Shown piece by piece: positions 13,022 to 27,704 of a DNA stretch of 64,000 nucleotides (its first letter is position 1; each line of letters opens with the position of its first letter). Source of the DNA: Octopus sinensis (lineage: Eukaryota); NCBI RefSeq assembly GCF_006345805.1, contig NC_043002.1:59396001-59460000 (forward strand), given 5' to 3'. Below the pieces are notes generated by a model, which saw only the letters and a list, made by a program, of their open reading frames with translations, was not told the DNA's origin and ran no database searches. A program made the position numbers and the translations under genes.

Positions 13022-13120
<99 letters not shown>

Positions 13121-13149
13121 TATATATACATATATACTATATATATGTC

Positions 13150-13182
<33 letters not shown>

Positions 13183-13218
13183 TATTATATATATATATAC
13201 ATATATACATATATACAT

Positions 13219-13255
<37 letters not shown>

Positions 13256-13724
13256 GCATATTTTATTGCTGTATTTATGTTTTTTCTTTCCCTCTCCGAT
13301 TGTTTACTCCACATCTCTTAATCTTTCATCTTATTCTTTCTGTTTTTCCCTTGTTTTCCTTCTTCTTACCTTTCATTTCTGTTTTTTTTCATTTCTTTAT
13401 TTTTCCATTTTTAGTTTTTTTTCATTCATTTCTTTTATTTTCTTTACATTTCAGTCTTTCTTCTTTTCTTTCTTCTTGCCTTGATAAAACTTATTTTTAT
13501 GGGGAAACTTTGCTACCTTCACACACATACACGCAAACATGAACAAGCACACATACGAAGACATACATTCACATTCTGGGACACATGTAAACACATATAC
13601 ACGCAAACATATGAATTGAAACCTCGAAAACATCTTCCAGCGAGGTCATGCTAATCTTGTCTACTTCAACAGTAAAAAAAACACAATTACGAAACATACC
13701 AACGAAATGGTATCATACCATAGT

Positions 13725-13990
13725 CCCTGGCAAGGCTGTGTGGTTAAGAAACTCGCTTAACAACCAAGTGGTTTGTCTCAGTGCGCGCCATATTAACTGT
13801 CTTCTGCTTTAGTCCTGGGCAGACCAGGGGCTTGTCAATATATTTGGTAGAAAGGCGGCGAGCTGGCAGAAACGTCAGTACACCGGGTGAAATGCGTAGT
13901 GGCATTTCGTCTGTCTTTATGTTCTGAGTTCAAATTCCACCAAGGTTGACTTTGCCATTCATCCTTTTGGGGTTGAAAAATAAAGTACTA
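13725..13990 (+). mobile_element. Degenerate SINE A head followed by a SINE B copy (from about 13853)
   Basis: GGCTGTGTGGTTAAG.. head, then AGGCGGCGAGCTGGCAGAAACG..GAGTTCAAATTCC. Confidence 0.7.
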
Positions 13991-14004
13991 GTTACATACG
14001 CACA

Positions 14005-14061
<57 letters not shown>

Positions 14062-14348
14062 TTGTATATATGTGTGTACAGAAGCAGAAATCCCCAGCGT
14101 TGCCGGATTAAGGTAAATAATATTTTAAAATGCCTTTCAGTTCTCTAACATGAAACATAGGCTACACAGGTCTCACCTCCTGGTAGTTGAGATACATATA
14201 TACAAGAATACATATCAATACCTATATGGTTAAACTACACACATACACACATACATACATACATACATACATACGTACATACATACATACATATATATAT
14301 ATATATATGTATATATATATGTATGTATATATATGTATATATATATTA

Positions 14349-14472
<124 letters not shown>

Positions 14473-14681
14473 AAATAAGAAAATGGAGAAATACATCCAA
14501 ATCAAATATCAACTACCAGATAATACCCAATCACATACTTTATTAAACCACTACATAAGAAACTTTAAGGTCAAACATAATAATATAGAACAAAACAGCG
14601 TACATAAAGGAGTAATATGATACAATAAGTACAATATGAGAATATAAATAAAATAAATATAAATATAAATATAAACTACAC

Positions 14682-14757
<76 letters not shown>

Positions 14758-14765
14758 ATCTATCT

Positions 14766-14811
<46 letters not shown>

Positions 14812-14814
<3 letters not shown>

Positions 14815-15569
14815 TTCTTTATAATAACATAGAGCAAATCACTCTTTCTCTCTTTGTTTTATAGGATCATGCTCAAGGTGGTTTCCTCATTCATATGTAT
14901 CATCCTTGCCACATTCCCCCAGCTTTTGTTAAAATTTTCTATTTCTTTACTACCCACAAGGGACTAAACACAGAGAAGACAAACAAGGACAGACAAACGG
15001 ATTAAGTCGATTATATCGACCCCAGTGAGTAACTGGTACTTATTTAATCGACCCCGAAAGGATGAAAGGCAAAGTCGACCTCGGTGGAATTTGAACTCGG
15101 AACGCAACGGCAGACGAAATGCGGCTACGCATTTCGCCCGGTGTGCTAACGTTTCTACCAGCTCGTTGCCTTTTTGTTAAAATTTTCATTAGACAAAACT
15201 TCCCTCTCTATTCTCACCTTCCTTTCTTTTTCAAGTCATACTTGAAAAAGTTGAGAGGTTGGCCAGAGAGGAAACTCTTTGTCTCTAAACTTTTCAAATG
15301 AGTCCGCCATACACATTCCTTCACCATATCCACCAGTTCAATGAAAACTGACTTGCCTTTCCAGTTAAAGGAAGGTGGCGGGGCAATATTCACAATAAAC
15401 TCGGCTGACAACTGAATTCGTCCCACACGCGACAGCAGCCGTTCGATATAGGCTCACAAGTTTGAAATGGTCGGATATTGCACGGGTGCGTGCAGAACGG
15501 TTTCTTCGTTCTGACTTCATCTCGGGCAGGTCGGTCCGGTGTTTCTTGAAGCATGTCTGAAGAGCTTTT
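14812..15569 (-). mobile_element. Older 5'-truncated Tx1 copy 5 (zinc finger to early 3' UTR), interrupted by a SINE
   Basis: Reverse complement encodes IQLSAEFIVNIAPPPSF..FFKYDLKK..NVARM..TTLSMIL; 5' flank at 15570-15665 is (CTAT/CTGT)n on the element strand. Confidence 0.85.
14940..15171 (-). mobile_element. Full-length tRNA-derived SINE B with 16-bp target-site duplication
   Basis: TTTTGTTAAAATTTTC at 14924-14939 and 15172-15187; A/B-box-like head. Confidence 0.92.
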
Positions 15570-15806
15570 AGATAGACAGACAGACAGACAGAAAGACAGA
15601 GAAATAGACAGATACATAAACAGTTAGATAGATAGACATATAAACAGTTAAATAGATAGATAGATTATAGGCACACAGTTTATTATTAATCCGTAGAAGT
15701 AATGAAGTAATTAGGCAACTCAACGCCAGAAAGTTCCATAGGTGCGTCTTATATACACATATGTATATACGACGTACAAATATACATACACACACACACA
15801 CACACA

Positions 15807-15878
<72 letters not shown>

Positions 15879-16019
15879 CCTTTAGAAATTCTTTTTTATC
15901 AGAAAGCGTCACAACTGTATTGGTGTACACATTCGTGTGTGTGTGTATACACATACATAAGTACATATATACACATGCACGCGCGCGCACACACACACAC
16001 ACACACCACACACATATAT

Positions 16020-16051
<32 letters not shown>

Positions 16052-16477
16052 AAGACATATATATATATATATATATAAACACGCACATATATATACCTTT
16101 ATTTTATCACAAATTGTCACAACTGTAGTGATGTATACTTACGTGTGTCTGTAAACTGCTGGTCACTTCCTTACTACGTCAAAAACGCCAGACATAGGAA
16201 GCTGACACTGACAAAACAATTTAAAGAAGTGAATCGTTATTATATATATAAAGCAATATTATTTATTAAAAAATAAATCAAGACCGTATTATTATTTCAC
16301 AGGTAAAATTATTGATGTAGCTCAAGTATGGTACAGATTGAGCCAGACGTTTACCGTGCATAGAGGACACACACACAGTCAACATATTAATATATATATA
16401 TATATATATAGTAAGCAATATAGGATGAAGTCCCTTACTCTACAGCAAAGGAATTCATCAGGAAGCGTGGGCAGTAT

Positions 16478-16649
16478 ATTTTAATTAGGGGGCTTGAGTC
16501 ATAGTGAATCTCCCATTAGCTGATCACACAACCATGGACGCCACCTGTACGGATACGTTGCAATAACTTTCTTGATAGAGTTTGGTGATTCTGACCGTTG
16601 ATCTTCGGGGATTCCTCCGATTAGTACCATTGGCTCAGTTGAGCTCTTC
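16478..16649. repeat. 172-bp perfect direct repeat, copy 1
   Basis: Identical to 17432-17603. Confidence 0.95.
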
Positions 16650-16761
16650 TAAAGGTTAGTTGCCCGTTTTCAGTTTCAATTTTCCTGTAACAAGCGGATT
16701 ATAAGTGGATAAAACAGTGTATTTGGCTTTAGAATAACCCTCTTTAGCCCTTAATTATATG

Positions 16762-16856
<95 letters not shown>

Positions 16857-16884
16857 CACACACATATATATATATATATATATA

Positions 16885-17061
16885 GTCGCATCCACATGGT
16901 TCCGGGTTCAGTTCCACTGCATGGCACCAAGGGCAAGTGTCTTCTACTATAGCCTCGGGCCGACCAAAGACGTGTGAGTGGATATGGTAGGCAGAAACCG
17001 AAAGAAACCCGTCATATATATATATATATATATATATATGCGAACAACAAATACACACATA

Positions 17062-17100
<39 letters not shown>

Positions 17101-17300
17101 ACACATACACATGTATATGTGTCATTGTGTCTGTTTCCAACACCACTTGACAACCAGTATTGGTTTGTGTACGTTCTTGTAAATTAGCAGTACAGCTAAA
17201 TATACCAATGCAAGTACACGGGTTGACTTGTTCGCCTAAAACCCTCCAAGGTCGTTATTTCATAACATGATTGGAGTGTAGTGATTGAAGTGAGTAAACG
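16885..17300 (+). mobile_element. SINE family A with internal (TA)/(CA) microsatellite
   Basis: GGTTCCGGGTTCAGTTCC..GGGCAAGTGTCTTCTACTATAGCC..microsatellite..CACTTGACAACC. Confidence 0.8.
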
Positions 17301-17431
17301 ATAAAGATGCGTCACGCACCGCTAATAGACAGAAACAGCACGCCACCCAAGCCACATCCTGGAGAACTTGTTTTTCGTTACCTTTGCGGATTCCCATGAA
17401 TCACTGTCGCCATCCAGTTCCATCATTATGA

Positions 17432-17603
17432 ATTTTAATTAGGGGGCTTGAGTCATAGTGAATCTCCCATTAGCTGATCACACAACCATGGACGCCACCT
17501 GTACGGATACGTTGCAATAACTTTCTTGATAGAGTTTGGTGATTCTGACCGTTGATCTTCGGGGATTCCTCCGATTAGTACCATTGGCTCAGTTGAGCTC
17601 TTC
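17432..17603. repeat. 172-bp perfect direct repeat, copy 2
   Basis: Identical to 16478-16649. Confidence 0.95.
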
Positions 17604-17735
17604 AGCTACCTCTTCACAATCATGCTGCAGTTCCATGGCTTCACCGAAACCGTGGCAAAGTGGCATAGTCAGTGATATTTCTTGCCAAAGGGCAGCCCAT
17701 AGCTATGCAGGGCACGGTTTTATAAATTCAGTATC

Positions 17736-17805
<70 letters not shown>

Positions 17806-17807
17806 TC

Positions 17808-17869
<62 letters not shown>

Positions 17870-17904
17870 TATTATTATTATTATTATTATTATAAAAATA
17901 ATCC

Positions 17905-18117
17905 TTTCTAATAAAGGCACAAGATGTGAAATTATTAGGGGAGGGTGACTAGACGATTACAGCGACCCCAGTGCTCAACTGGTACTTTTTCATCGTGCCC
18001 GCATGGATGAAAGGCAAAGTCGACCCCGGCGGCATTTGAACCCAGAACGTGGAGATAGATAAAATACAGGTAAGCATTTCGCCTGAAGTGCTAACGACTC
18101 TGCTAGCTCGCCACCTT
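17905..18117 (-). mobile_element. SINE B with type-2 tail
   Basis: GATGAAAGGCAAAGTCGACC..ATTTGAAC..GCTAGCTCGCCACCTT. Confidence 0.85.
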
Positions 18118-18276
18118 AATGGTGATGATGATGATGAGGAGGAGGAGGATAATAATAAATACCACCAAGTAAAGTGAAAGTTTTGCCTTCTAAAAATATA
18201 CCTCTACAGCACTCCATCTTATTTACTCTCTCGTTGCACAGCGCTTCGAGACACAGCGCACATACGAGCACAAACA

Positions 18277-18379
<103 letters not shown>

Positions 18380-18672
18380 CTTACACTGACGCCCATACAC
18401 TGACGCCCATACAAAAAAGATACTGAAAGATATAATAGTAAAGACAAAATAGAAGAAAACACAGCAGCAAGTGAAAGTAAACGTCAGAAAACATTTATAG
18501 AACCTTGCTGTGCAATTGGTTTTGATCACGCATGACTCTCTATTAGAGTAAATAGATTTCACGCCAGTTTTTATCCCTCAGTGTTGATTATACAAGCCAG
18601 AAAATATAACATTAAGACAGGTAGGAATCGTTTGTATGTGAGGAGTGTGATGAGAGAGATGTTTCTTCTCAC

Positions 18673-18711
18673 CTGTATGGCTACATAACAAATAGATCTG
18701 ATAAACACCGG
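18673..18711 (-). other. Candidate 39-nt internal exon (unverified)
   Basis: tacttacag|CCGG..ACAG|gtgaga; two frames open. Could be chance. Confidence 0.2.
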
Positions 18712-18779
18712 CTGTAAGTATACGCATAGATTCAAAGGCAATATTGAGGGCACGTATGTATATTTACGTAGATATTAAG

Positions 18780-18870
18780 CAGAAGGCGCGCGGAATTTAG
18801 TGGTTAGGGTGTTGCATTCCTCGATTCCTGAACCAAGCGATGTGTTGTGTTTTTAAGTAAAACACATGAT
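18780..18870 (+). mobile_element. tRNA-derived SINE head fragment (family C)
   Basis: GGCGCG..TTAGTGGTTAGGGTG..TCGATTCC..TTGTGTT..AAAACAC. Confidence 0.6.
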
Positions 18871-18883
18871 TTCTCTCTGCATA

Positions 18884-19840
18884 CTCTTCCGCTTCCTTTG
18901 GAAGGGAAGCGTTCCGATGGTTAGGCGATCCATTTGCTGTCAACACCCGCTAAATGGAGGGCTAGGCATGCCGTGGTTGATGATACGCAGACATGCGCTG
19001 AGACTGCGACATCTCCGGCGCTTCATAGACGAGCTGAATAGGTGTGGTCGGCTTTTATGCGACGCGCTTTCCCGCAGCTCGCCTCCTTGGCCGAACTCCA
19101 ATCGTGGATAAAACAGACCGAGGCTAGGCGAATGGCACCGCGAGTGTCGCGTTGCTCTGAATTTGGTCTGCCGTCCAGGACCAAAAATCTGCGACTTAAT
19201 TACAACAAAGGCGTTCTATAGAGAATTAGTGGAGGGGAGGTGCGACGACGTTCTCGGGCAGAATCTGGGCGTCGACGAGAGACACCTGACCCGCCTGTTC
19301 AGGAGAACTTTCAGGCCGGGACCTATGGACAATCACCAAAGATCCCTGGCCTGGTAGTGCTATCGAGAAGCATTACCTGTTCGGGATAAGCTCTAGAGGC
19401 ACGGTTCGAGAACACTGGACCGACTTGCTCGAGATGCAGTCAGAGCAAAGAAACAGTTCTGCACGTACTCGTGCAGTTTCCACCATTTCGGACCTGTGGG
19501 CTTATGCCGAACGGCTGCTGTTGCGCGTGGGACGAGTCCGCCTGTCGGCCGAGTCTGTCGGGAATATTGCACCGCCCCGGGAAGGCAAGGCAGTTTTCAT
19601 GGTACTGGTGGCTATGGTGAAAGAATGTGTGTGGTGGACTCGAGCGAAAGGATTACAGACAAACACTTACCTCTCTGGCCAATCGCTCAACAATTTTTTC
19701 AAGTACCACTTGAAAAGGAAGGTGAGAATGGAGAGCAGGTTTTGTCTCGTGAAAGTTTCAAAAAAGATGGGTCGCCTTTTGTGCGACGCAAAGATGGTGC
19801 GTGCGATTGACGAAACCACTTTGAGCATGATCCTGTAAGC

Positions 19841-19884
<44 letters not shown>

Positions 19885-20155
19885 ACTTTGCTCTCATGTG
19901 TTTATTTCCTCCCTGCCTGAGGTTACCGTGGTCTTTTCTTTCCACAGATGAACCTAATCTTGTTTGTAACTTTGAAAAAAAAAATCTTTCTATGATACAC
20001 GATCCCTTTTGATCGCTTTTTTTTCCCGATCCCTTATGATCGAAATTTTACATTTGTTTCCTTTTTTCTTTTTCCTATTCTATCTTCGAAAAGAAAAGCT
20101 CTTCATTTGTATTTCTCCCCTCTGCGTCCAGCCCTGTGTGGCCAATAAAAAAAGT
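18884..20155 (+). mobile_element. 5'-truncated Tx1 copy 3 (subfamily A)
   Basis: LFRFLWKGSVPMVRRSICCQHP through TTLSMIL, then 3' UTR ending CCAATAAAAAAAGT. Confidence 0.92.
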
Positions 20156-20834
<679 letters not shown>

Positions 20835-21947
20835 CGCGAGTGTCGCGTTGCTCTCAAGCAACTCTGCCGTCCTGGGTCGACCTTAAGTGACTTCAAAACA
20901 ACCAAAGCATTCTATAGGGGTTTAGTGGAGGGGAGGTACGACGACGAGCTCGGGGCGAACCTGGACGTCGACGAGGAGTACCTGACCCGCCTGTTCGGGA
21001 CGACTTTCGGGCCAGGGCCCATGGACAACTTCCAGAGATCCCTGGCCTGGCAGTGCTACCGAGAAGCGCTACCCGTTCGGGATAAGCTCTACAGACACGG
21101 CTCGAGAAACACGGGGCCGACCTGCCCGAGATGCGGTCAGAGCGACGAAACCGTTCTGCACGCACTCGTTCAGTGTCCAACAATTTCCGACCTGTGGGCT
21201 TATGTCGAACAACTGCTGTCACGTGTGGGACGAGTCGGTTTATCAGCTGAGTCTATCGTCAATATTGTCACGCCTCCTTCCTTCAAACGGGAAGGAAGAG
21301 CTATTTTCATCATCCTTGTGGCTATGGCGAAAGAATGTATCTGGTGGACGCGTCTGAAAGGATTGGAGACAAACACTTTCCTCTCTGGTCAATCTCTCAT
21401 CAACTTCTTCAAGTACCACTTGAAAAGGAAAGTGAGAGTAGAGAGGCAAGTTTTGTCTAGCGAATGTTTTAAAAAAAGATGGGTGAATGTAGCAAGAATG
21501 GCACGTATGAATGACGAAGCCACCTTGAGCATAGTCCTATGAACCCAGAAATCGAAAACAGAGAGTTGCTTATTTGCAAAAAAAAAAAAAAAAAAAAAAA
21601 AAAATAAATATAAAATGTGACTTCATTGACCGAGGTTACCGTGGTCTTTTCCGCAGGCTTTTCTTCCCACGGGTAAACCTCACCTGTCCTCCCCTTTACA
21701 CTTCATATTGACATTTCTGTGATAACGATCCCTATTGATCATTTTTTTTTCCTCTCCCCCCCCCCTTTTTTTTTTTTTTTTTTTAACCCCCCTTATTTTT
21801 GTCCTCTTTCTCTCCTTTTACGATCCCTTTTGATCGAACCTCCCCCTTCCTTTTTTTTTTTTTTTTTTTTTTAATACCTTCAAAAGAAAAGCTCTACCTT
21901 GTAATTTGTTCTATCTGTGTGCAGCCCTGTGTGGCTAATAAAGAAAC
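20835..21947 (+). mobile_element. 5'-truncated Tx1 copy 4 (subfamily B), followed by (CTAT)n to about 22000
   Basis: Uninterrupted ORF2 C-terminus (ORF 20925-21542, 205 aa); 3' end CTAATAAAGAAACA-TATCTATC. Confidence 0.93.
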
Positions 21948-21958
21948 ATATCTATCTA

Positions 21959-22000
<42 letters not shown>

Positions 22001-22544
22001 CCCAACTAACCAACGAACCTAACGCACAGGCTACTATAGCAGATACTCGCACATTTATACACTGACAAAGCGAGCCACATGTATATACACATACACATGC
22101 AAGCGCTTGTGAGTGTTCGTGCTGGTGTTTCAGTATTGTCAAAATCAGTTCAAGCATAACATTATAATTATACGAAGCAATGAAACAAGGCTGTCTAAAA
22201 TGAATTAGCAGAATATAACTGAAAATATAAAAATTTTAAAAAACTCACTGACATACAAATGTCTTTTATGACAGAAATTATATTTCGTAAACCCAACCTG
22301 CCATTTCTCTTGAAAGGAAATGATCGATCTGAGCTGGAAATGTTAGGGAAATCTGTGTAACAGGAATTTAGGTTTCGGTATATTTATTGAGAACAACGAT
22401 AACCACAACTAGAACCATCACGACTCCGATTACCACGACCAGCACGACGACGACCAGCACGACGACGACGACCACCACCACGACCACCACGACCACCATA
22501 CCACCACCTTAACAACAACAATAAAATCCAGGAGAAAAATAATA

Positions 22545-22753
22545 CTGTGTGTTCAAAAAGTCTCTTCTCAGTGAATTTTTTCATCCTCTGATTCACCGGT
22601 GAACGGATTATTTCGAAGAGACTTTGGCTACCACGATCACCTGATTTAACACCACCAGACTTTTTTTTCTGGCGTGCAAGTAACGGATGAGTGTACAAGC
22701 ATCACCCGAAAACCATTAAATACTTTCTGCCGAGAGACTTTTTGAACACCCTG
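22545..22753 (+). mobile_element. 209-bp internally deleted Tc1/mariner derivative (MITE-like)
   Basis: TA-flanked TIRs CTGTGTGTTCAAAAAGTCTCT / AGAGACTTTTTGAACACCCTG; interior encodes WLPRSPDLTPPDFFFW. Confidence 0.88.
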
Positions 22754-22764
22754 TACTTTCTATT

Positions 22765-22925
22765 ATAGGCCTGGCAATTTGGGAGAGGGCCCCAGTGTTT
22801 GACTGGTACTCAGTTTATCGACCGCAATAAACCAACCACGGCGAAAGTTGAACTCAGAACGTAAAGGACAAAATGTGGGCGAACGTTTCAGCCTTGCGTG
22901 CTAACGATTCTACCAGATCACTGCC
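22765..22925 (-). mobile_element. Degenerate SINE B
   Basis: ACTGGTAC..TTATCGACC..TGAACTCAGAACGTA..GCTAACGATTCTACCAG. Confidence 0.7.
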
Positions 22926-24702
22926 TGGATTGATTATCGCAAAGCATATGATATAATTCCATTTTCGTGGATCATGGAGTGCTTAGATCTGATTGGATCT
23001 GCGAAAAATGTAACGTGTTTCCTGAAGAGAAGTGTGTGGGGATGGAAAACTGAACTGACGTCTTACGAATAAAAGCTTGGACACATTGGGTATCTGAAGA
23101 AGGATTTTGTAGGGTGATAGCCTATCTCCGTTGCTTTTTGTTCTCTGTGTGATACCCTTGACCTTGGTACTTAGAAAAATGAACCTGAGGTACCAACCAA
23201 AGGGAAAATCTCCACCAAAATCAACCACCTCCTCTTCATGGATAATTTGAAACTGTATGGCAAATAAGTTCCTCAATGAACACGGTCCACTGTTTTAGTA
23301 CTGGTATTAGAATGGAATAGAGACTCAAGAAGTGCGGGATAATCTACCTAAAAAGAGGTAATGTACAGCCCCCAGCAGGGATAGGATTACCGAATAGAGA
23401 CTTGATTAAGCAAATTGAAACGGAAGGATACAAATACCTTGGTGTACTAGAGTTCAACGAGATAATGGAAAAGGAAATGAAAGAGCAACTGAGGATGGAA
23501 TATTTCCGAAGACTGGGGTTGGTGTTGCGCTCAAAATTGATTGGATGGAATAAAATCCAAGGCATTAATACGTGGACGATAGTATCACTTCGGTATGGAG
23601 CAGCAATCATTTAAAATGGCAAAAGAGAGAAGTGATGAAAATGGGTACCAAGACAAGAAAAATGTTGAAAGTACACAGAGCCTTCCACCCTAAGTGTAAC
23701 ACCGACAGGCTGCATTTGCCCTGAAGAAAGGGTCGGAGAGGTTTGATCAGTTTCCAGAACTGTTTCGAAGCAGAGGAAAACATCTTAGGGTGGTATATCA
23801 ATAAAGCCTTGCAGCCATTGTTGAAACATACGAAGAAGGCTGGAGTCATGAAAACTGAAAATTGTGTATTGAAAGAAAAATTTGAAGAAATGAAAAAAAA
23901 AAAAGAAAAAGCAAGGATGGGAAAATGTACGGTCACCTTGCAAGATATACGAACGCCAAGATACAGAGGAGCGGTGGCTATGGATGCGGAGAAGTGACCT
24001 GAAGATAGAGACAGAAGCACTCATATGCGCAGCTCAAGAACAACCGTTAAGGACCAACTATGTGAAGTGCAGAATAGACATCACAACCGAAAGCGACAAA
24101 TGCAAAATGTGTGGTAAGAGGGGTGAAATGGTATAGTATATCGTTAGTTAATGCCAGAAACTGGTATAACGCGAATACAAAAGACGCCATGACAATGTTG
24201 CAAGAACGATTCATTGGGAGCTCTGTAGAAATCAAGGCCGACAAAGAGCAAAGACATGGTATGAGAAAACCCCAGGAGTCACCTAGAATGAGAACTGAGC
24301 AGACATCGGAAACCGGGCATTGTTGTGGTGAATAAAAAACAAAGAACCTGTATGATAATCGACATAGCATGCCTCGGTGATAACAGGATCAGTGTGAAAG
24401 AAGAAAAATAAACAACAATGACGATTTAAAGTGGGAAATATGAAGGTTGTGGTCAACGAAGAGAGTAGACGTGATATCAATTGAAATTGGTTCACTTGGA
24501 AGTATCAGCACTCAACAACCAGCATGGCTGAAAAAGATTGGTGCAAGTGTGAAGGTAGAGCACCAACAAAAATCAGCATTGCTTGGAAGTGCAACAATTC
24601 TTTACAGGGTTCTTGAAGCATAAGTGTAACCTTAGTCTGTTGGCTGTGGACAGCTGACACTTTCCACCATACCCAACAAAATAAGCTGTGACTTTTCATC
24701 AC

Positions 24703-24703
<1 letters not shown>
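22926..24703 (+). mobile_element. 5'-truncated R4/Dong-like RLE non-LTR retrotransposon, degenerate; ends in (TAA)n 24704-24770
   Basis: WIDYRKAYD, GDSLSPLLF, INHLLFMD, YKYLGV, INTW..LRYGAAII, DRLHLP (RT/thumb); KCKMCG..H/C..RHDNVAR knuckle; IIDIAC..D..K RLE region. Confidence 0.88.
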
Positions 24704-24768
<65 letters not shown>

Positions 24769-24844
24769 GATAAGACTATATAGGACCGAGGTAACTCATC
24801 AAGAAGTCATATACAAATAAATAAATTTCACATGATATGGCACT

Positions 24845-24896
24845 CTTCAAAAGCCTTGTGAGCGGATTTGGTAGACGGAAACTGGAAGAAGCTCGT

Positions 24897-24986
<90 letters not shown>

Positions 24987-25185
24987 TTGTGTGTCTGTTT
25001 TTGTTTCCCACCGTCGCTTGACAACCGGTGTTAATGTGTTTATGTCCTCGTTAATTAGCGGTTCGGCAAAAGAGATCCGATAGAATAAGTACTAGACTTA
25101 CAACGATTAAGTCCCGGGATCGATTTGTTTGACTAAATGCGGTGCTACAGCATGTCCGCAGTCAAAGAATAATAAAGGTACAAGG
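24845..25185 (+). mobile_element. SINE family A with internal (TA)n(TG)n
   Basis: AAAGCCTTGTGAGCGGATTTGGTAGACGGAAACTG..microsatellite..CGCTTGACAACC..GCGGTGCT.CAGCATG.CCGCAGTCAA. Confidence 0.85.
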
Positions 25186-25189
25186 CTTG

Positions 25190-25378
25190 ACAATTTGGTG
25201 GGAGAGGATTAGTCATAATAATCTCAGTGTGCTACTGGTACTTAATTTCTAGAACCCCGAAACGATAAAAGGCTAAATAGACCTCGGCGGCATTTGAAAC
25301 CTAGAACGTAAAAACGGACGAAATGCAGAGAAGCATTTTGCCCGGCGTGGTAACGCTTCTGCCAACTTGCCGCCTTAA
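25190..25378 (-). mobile_element. SINE B with type-2 tail
   Basis: CTGGTACTTAATTT..GACCTCGGCGGCATTTGAA..TTTGCCCGGCGTG..GCCGCCTT. Confidence 0.8.
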
Positions 25379-25716
25379 TAATAATAGTACTAATGATAAT
25401 AGTAATAATAATAATAATAATTTTAATAATAATAATAATATTTTCCCATGAGTACGTATCACCCATTGAGAGCTATTATACACCTCGTGCGACCTGTGTC
25501 GTAGGGGATGCTCTTCTGGGCAATATTCCAACTGTGTTTATCTGGAAATACAGAATTCTTTGGCCAAGTTCATTAAAAGTTTGGCAGAGACCCACCGAAT
25601 CGAAGGGAGGCGGATGGGCGTTGGTCCGCGTGCATTGTGCTACGTTCTGAGTTCCAGTATGATGTAGATTGATGTGTTGCTAGGGTGAAGATAAGATAGG
25701 TGGAGGGTTTATACAG

Positions 25717-25747
<31 letters not shown>

Positions 25748-25769
25748 TATGTGCGTGTATATATATATA

Positions 25770-25879
<110 letters not shown>

Positions 25880-26153
25880 AACATACACAAACATAATTAT
25901 ACGCATACGTTTATATATAAACATACATACTCATGCGCAGACACTTGGAAACACGTACAAAAGTATACACAAATGTACATATACGCACACACACATTCAC
26001 ACATACGCACATACAGACACATATACACATACAGACGCACCCACACATGCATACATATATATATATATAAACACACACACATATATATATTACTATATTT
26101 ATCTGTTAGTCCGTCAGTCTATCTATTTGTGGACTAGTGTATGTGTGTATGTA

Positions 26154-26214
<61 letters not shown>

Positions 26215-26524
26215 GAATATGTATATGTGTGTATATACATACATAATATCAGTACATATATATGTGTATATATGTATATACATATATATATATGTACATA
26301 TATATGTGTATATACGTGTGTATATATATGTATATATATATATGTACATATATATGTATATATATATATGCGTGTGTATATATGTGTATATATTTGTGTG
26401 TATATATATATACATATAAATGTATATATATGTATATATATATATACATGTGTATATATATACATGCATATATACATGTATATACATTTATATATACATA
26501 CACACATACATACACATATATATA

Positions 26525-26572
<48 letters not shown>

Positions 26573-26894
26573 TGTATATATATACACATATATATGAATA
26601 TATGTATGTAGTTGTTATCCTCATTGTTAGAGTTTTATTTCCCATTTTAAGTTTCAATAGTTTTCATTATAACAGGCAGCCATCAACCTGTTCACATTGG
26701 CTGTCTCTGTAATGGCCCGACTTGGCTTGGTTCAGCTGTGTTATAGCTTATCTCATGTCTACCAGTGTCTATGTCTACCTTGATGGCTGGATAATAATTG
26801 TTGTAGCTTGAATTTTATCGTATTTCTCAGATATATCTAATCTCACTCTCTTCCTTTCCCTTTCTTTCTCTCTATATCTCCCACTTTATGTCCT

Positions 26895-27155
26895 GATTAC
26901 TTCAGTCGTAAGACTGCGGCCATGCTGGGGCACCACCTTGAAGAATTCTTATTCCAATGAAGGGATTCCTGTACATACTTTTCTTTTGAAGCCTGATACT
27001 TATTCTATCGGTCAACTTTGCCGAGCCGCTAAATTACGGGTGCGTGAACACACCAACACCGGCTGTCGAGTGGTGGTGGAAGACACAGACACAAAGACTC
27101 GCTCACAGGTGTAGCTGTTCGTCCAAGGAGACTGATACAATAAGTATCAGGCTTA
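26895..27155 (-). mobile_element. SINE family A, 3' half
   Basis: GACTGCGGCCATGCTGGGGCACCACC..GCCGAGCCGCTAA.. Confidence 0.8.
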
Positions 27156-27166
27156 TATATACATAC

Positions 27167-27198
<32 letters not shown>

Positions 27199-27704
27199 TA
27201 ATATATATATATATATATACATACATATATATATATACATATATATATACATACATATATATATATATGTATATATATATGTGTGTATATATATATATAT
27301 GTATATATATATGTATATATATATATATATATGTGTATATATATATATATATATACATATATGTATACATGCATATATATATGTATGTATATATATATGT
27401 GTGTGTGTATATATATATATGTATATATATATGTATATATTTATATGCTTCTAGGGGTTAAGATGTGCTGAGGAATGTAAGAACTTTGTGTCTAACCAGA
27501 AACCGGTCCATATATATACCTGTTTCATTAAATATACGGCTTTATGCTATAAAGGTATGTGAGAGATCTTTTTCGGTTCACTCGCCCGTATACTGTTGTA
27601 TCTGTCATTTTCAATGTAATATTTGGTGGTCCAAACGAGGGTTTTAACTCTCATTTCCAGCAGGTAGACACTCAATGTGTGCTTTGATCAATATAAATAT
27701 ACTT

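Noticed and set aside
16141-16205. Exon-like segment on the minus strand (ttttgtcag..CAC|gtaagt)
   Set aside because: All three frames contain stops; at best a non-coding exon, with no support.
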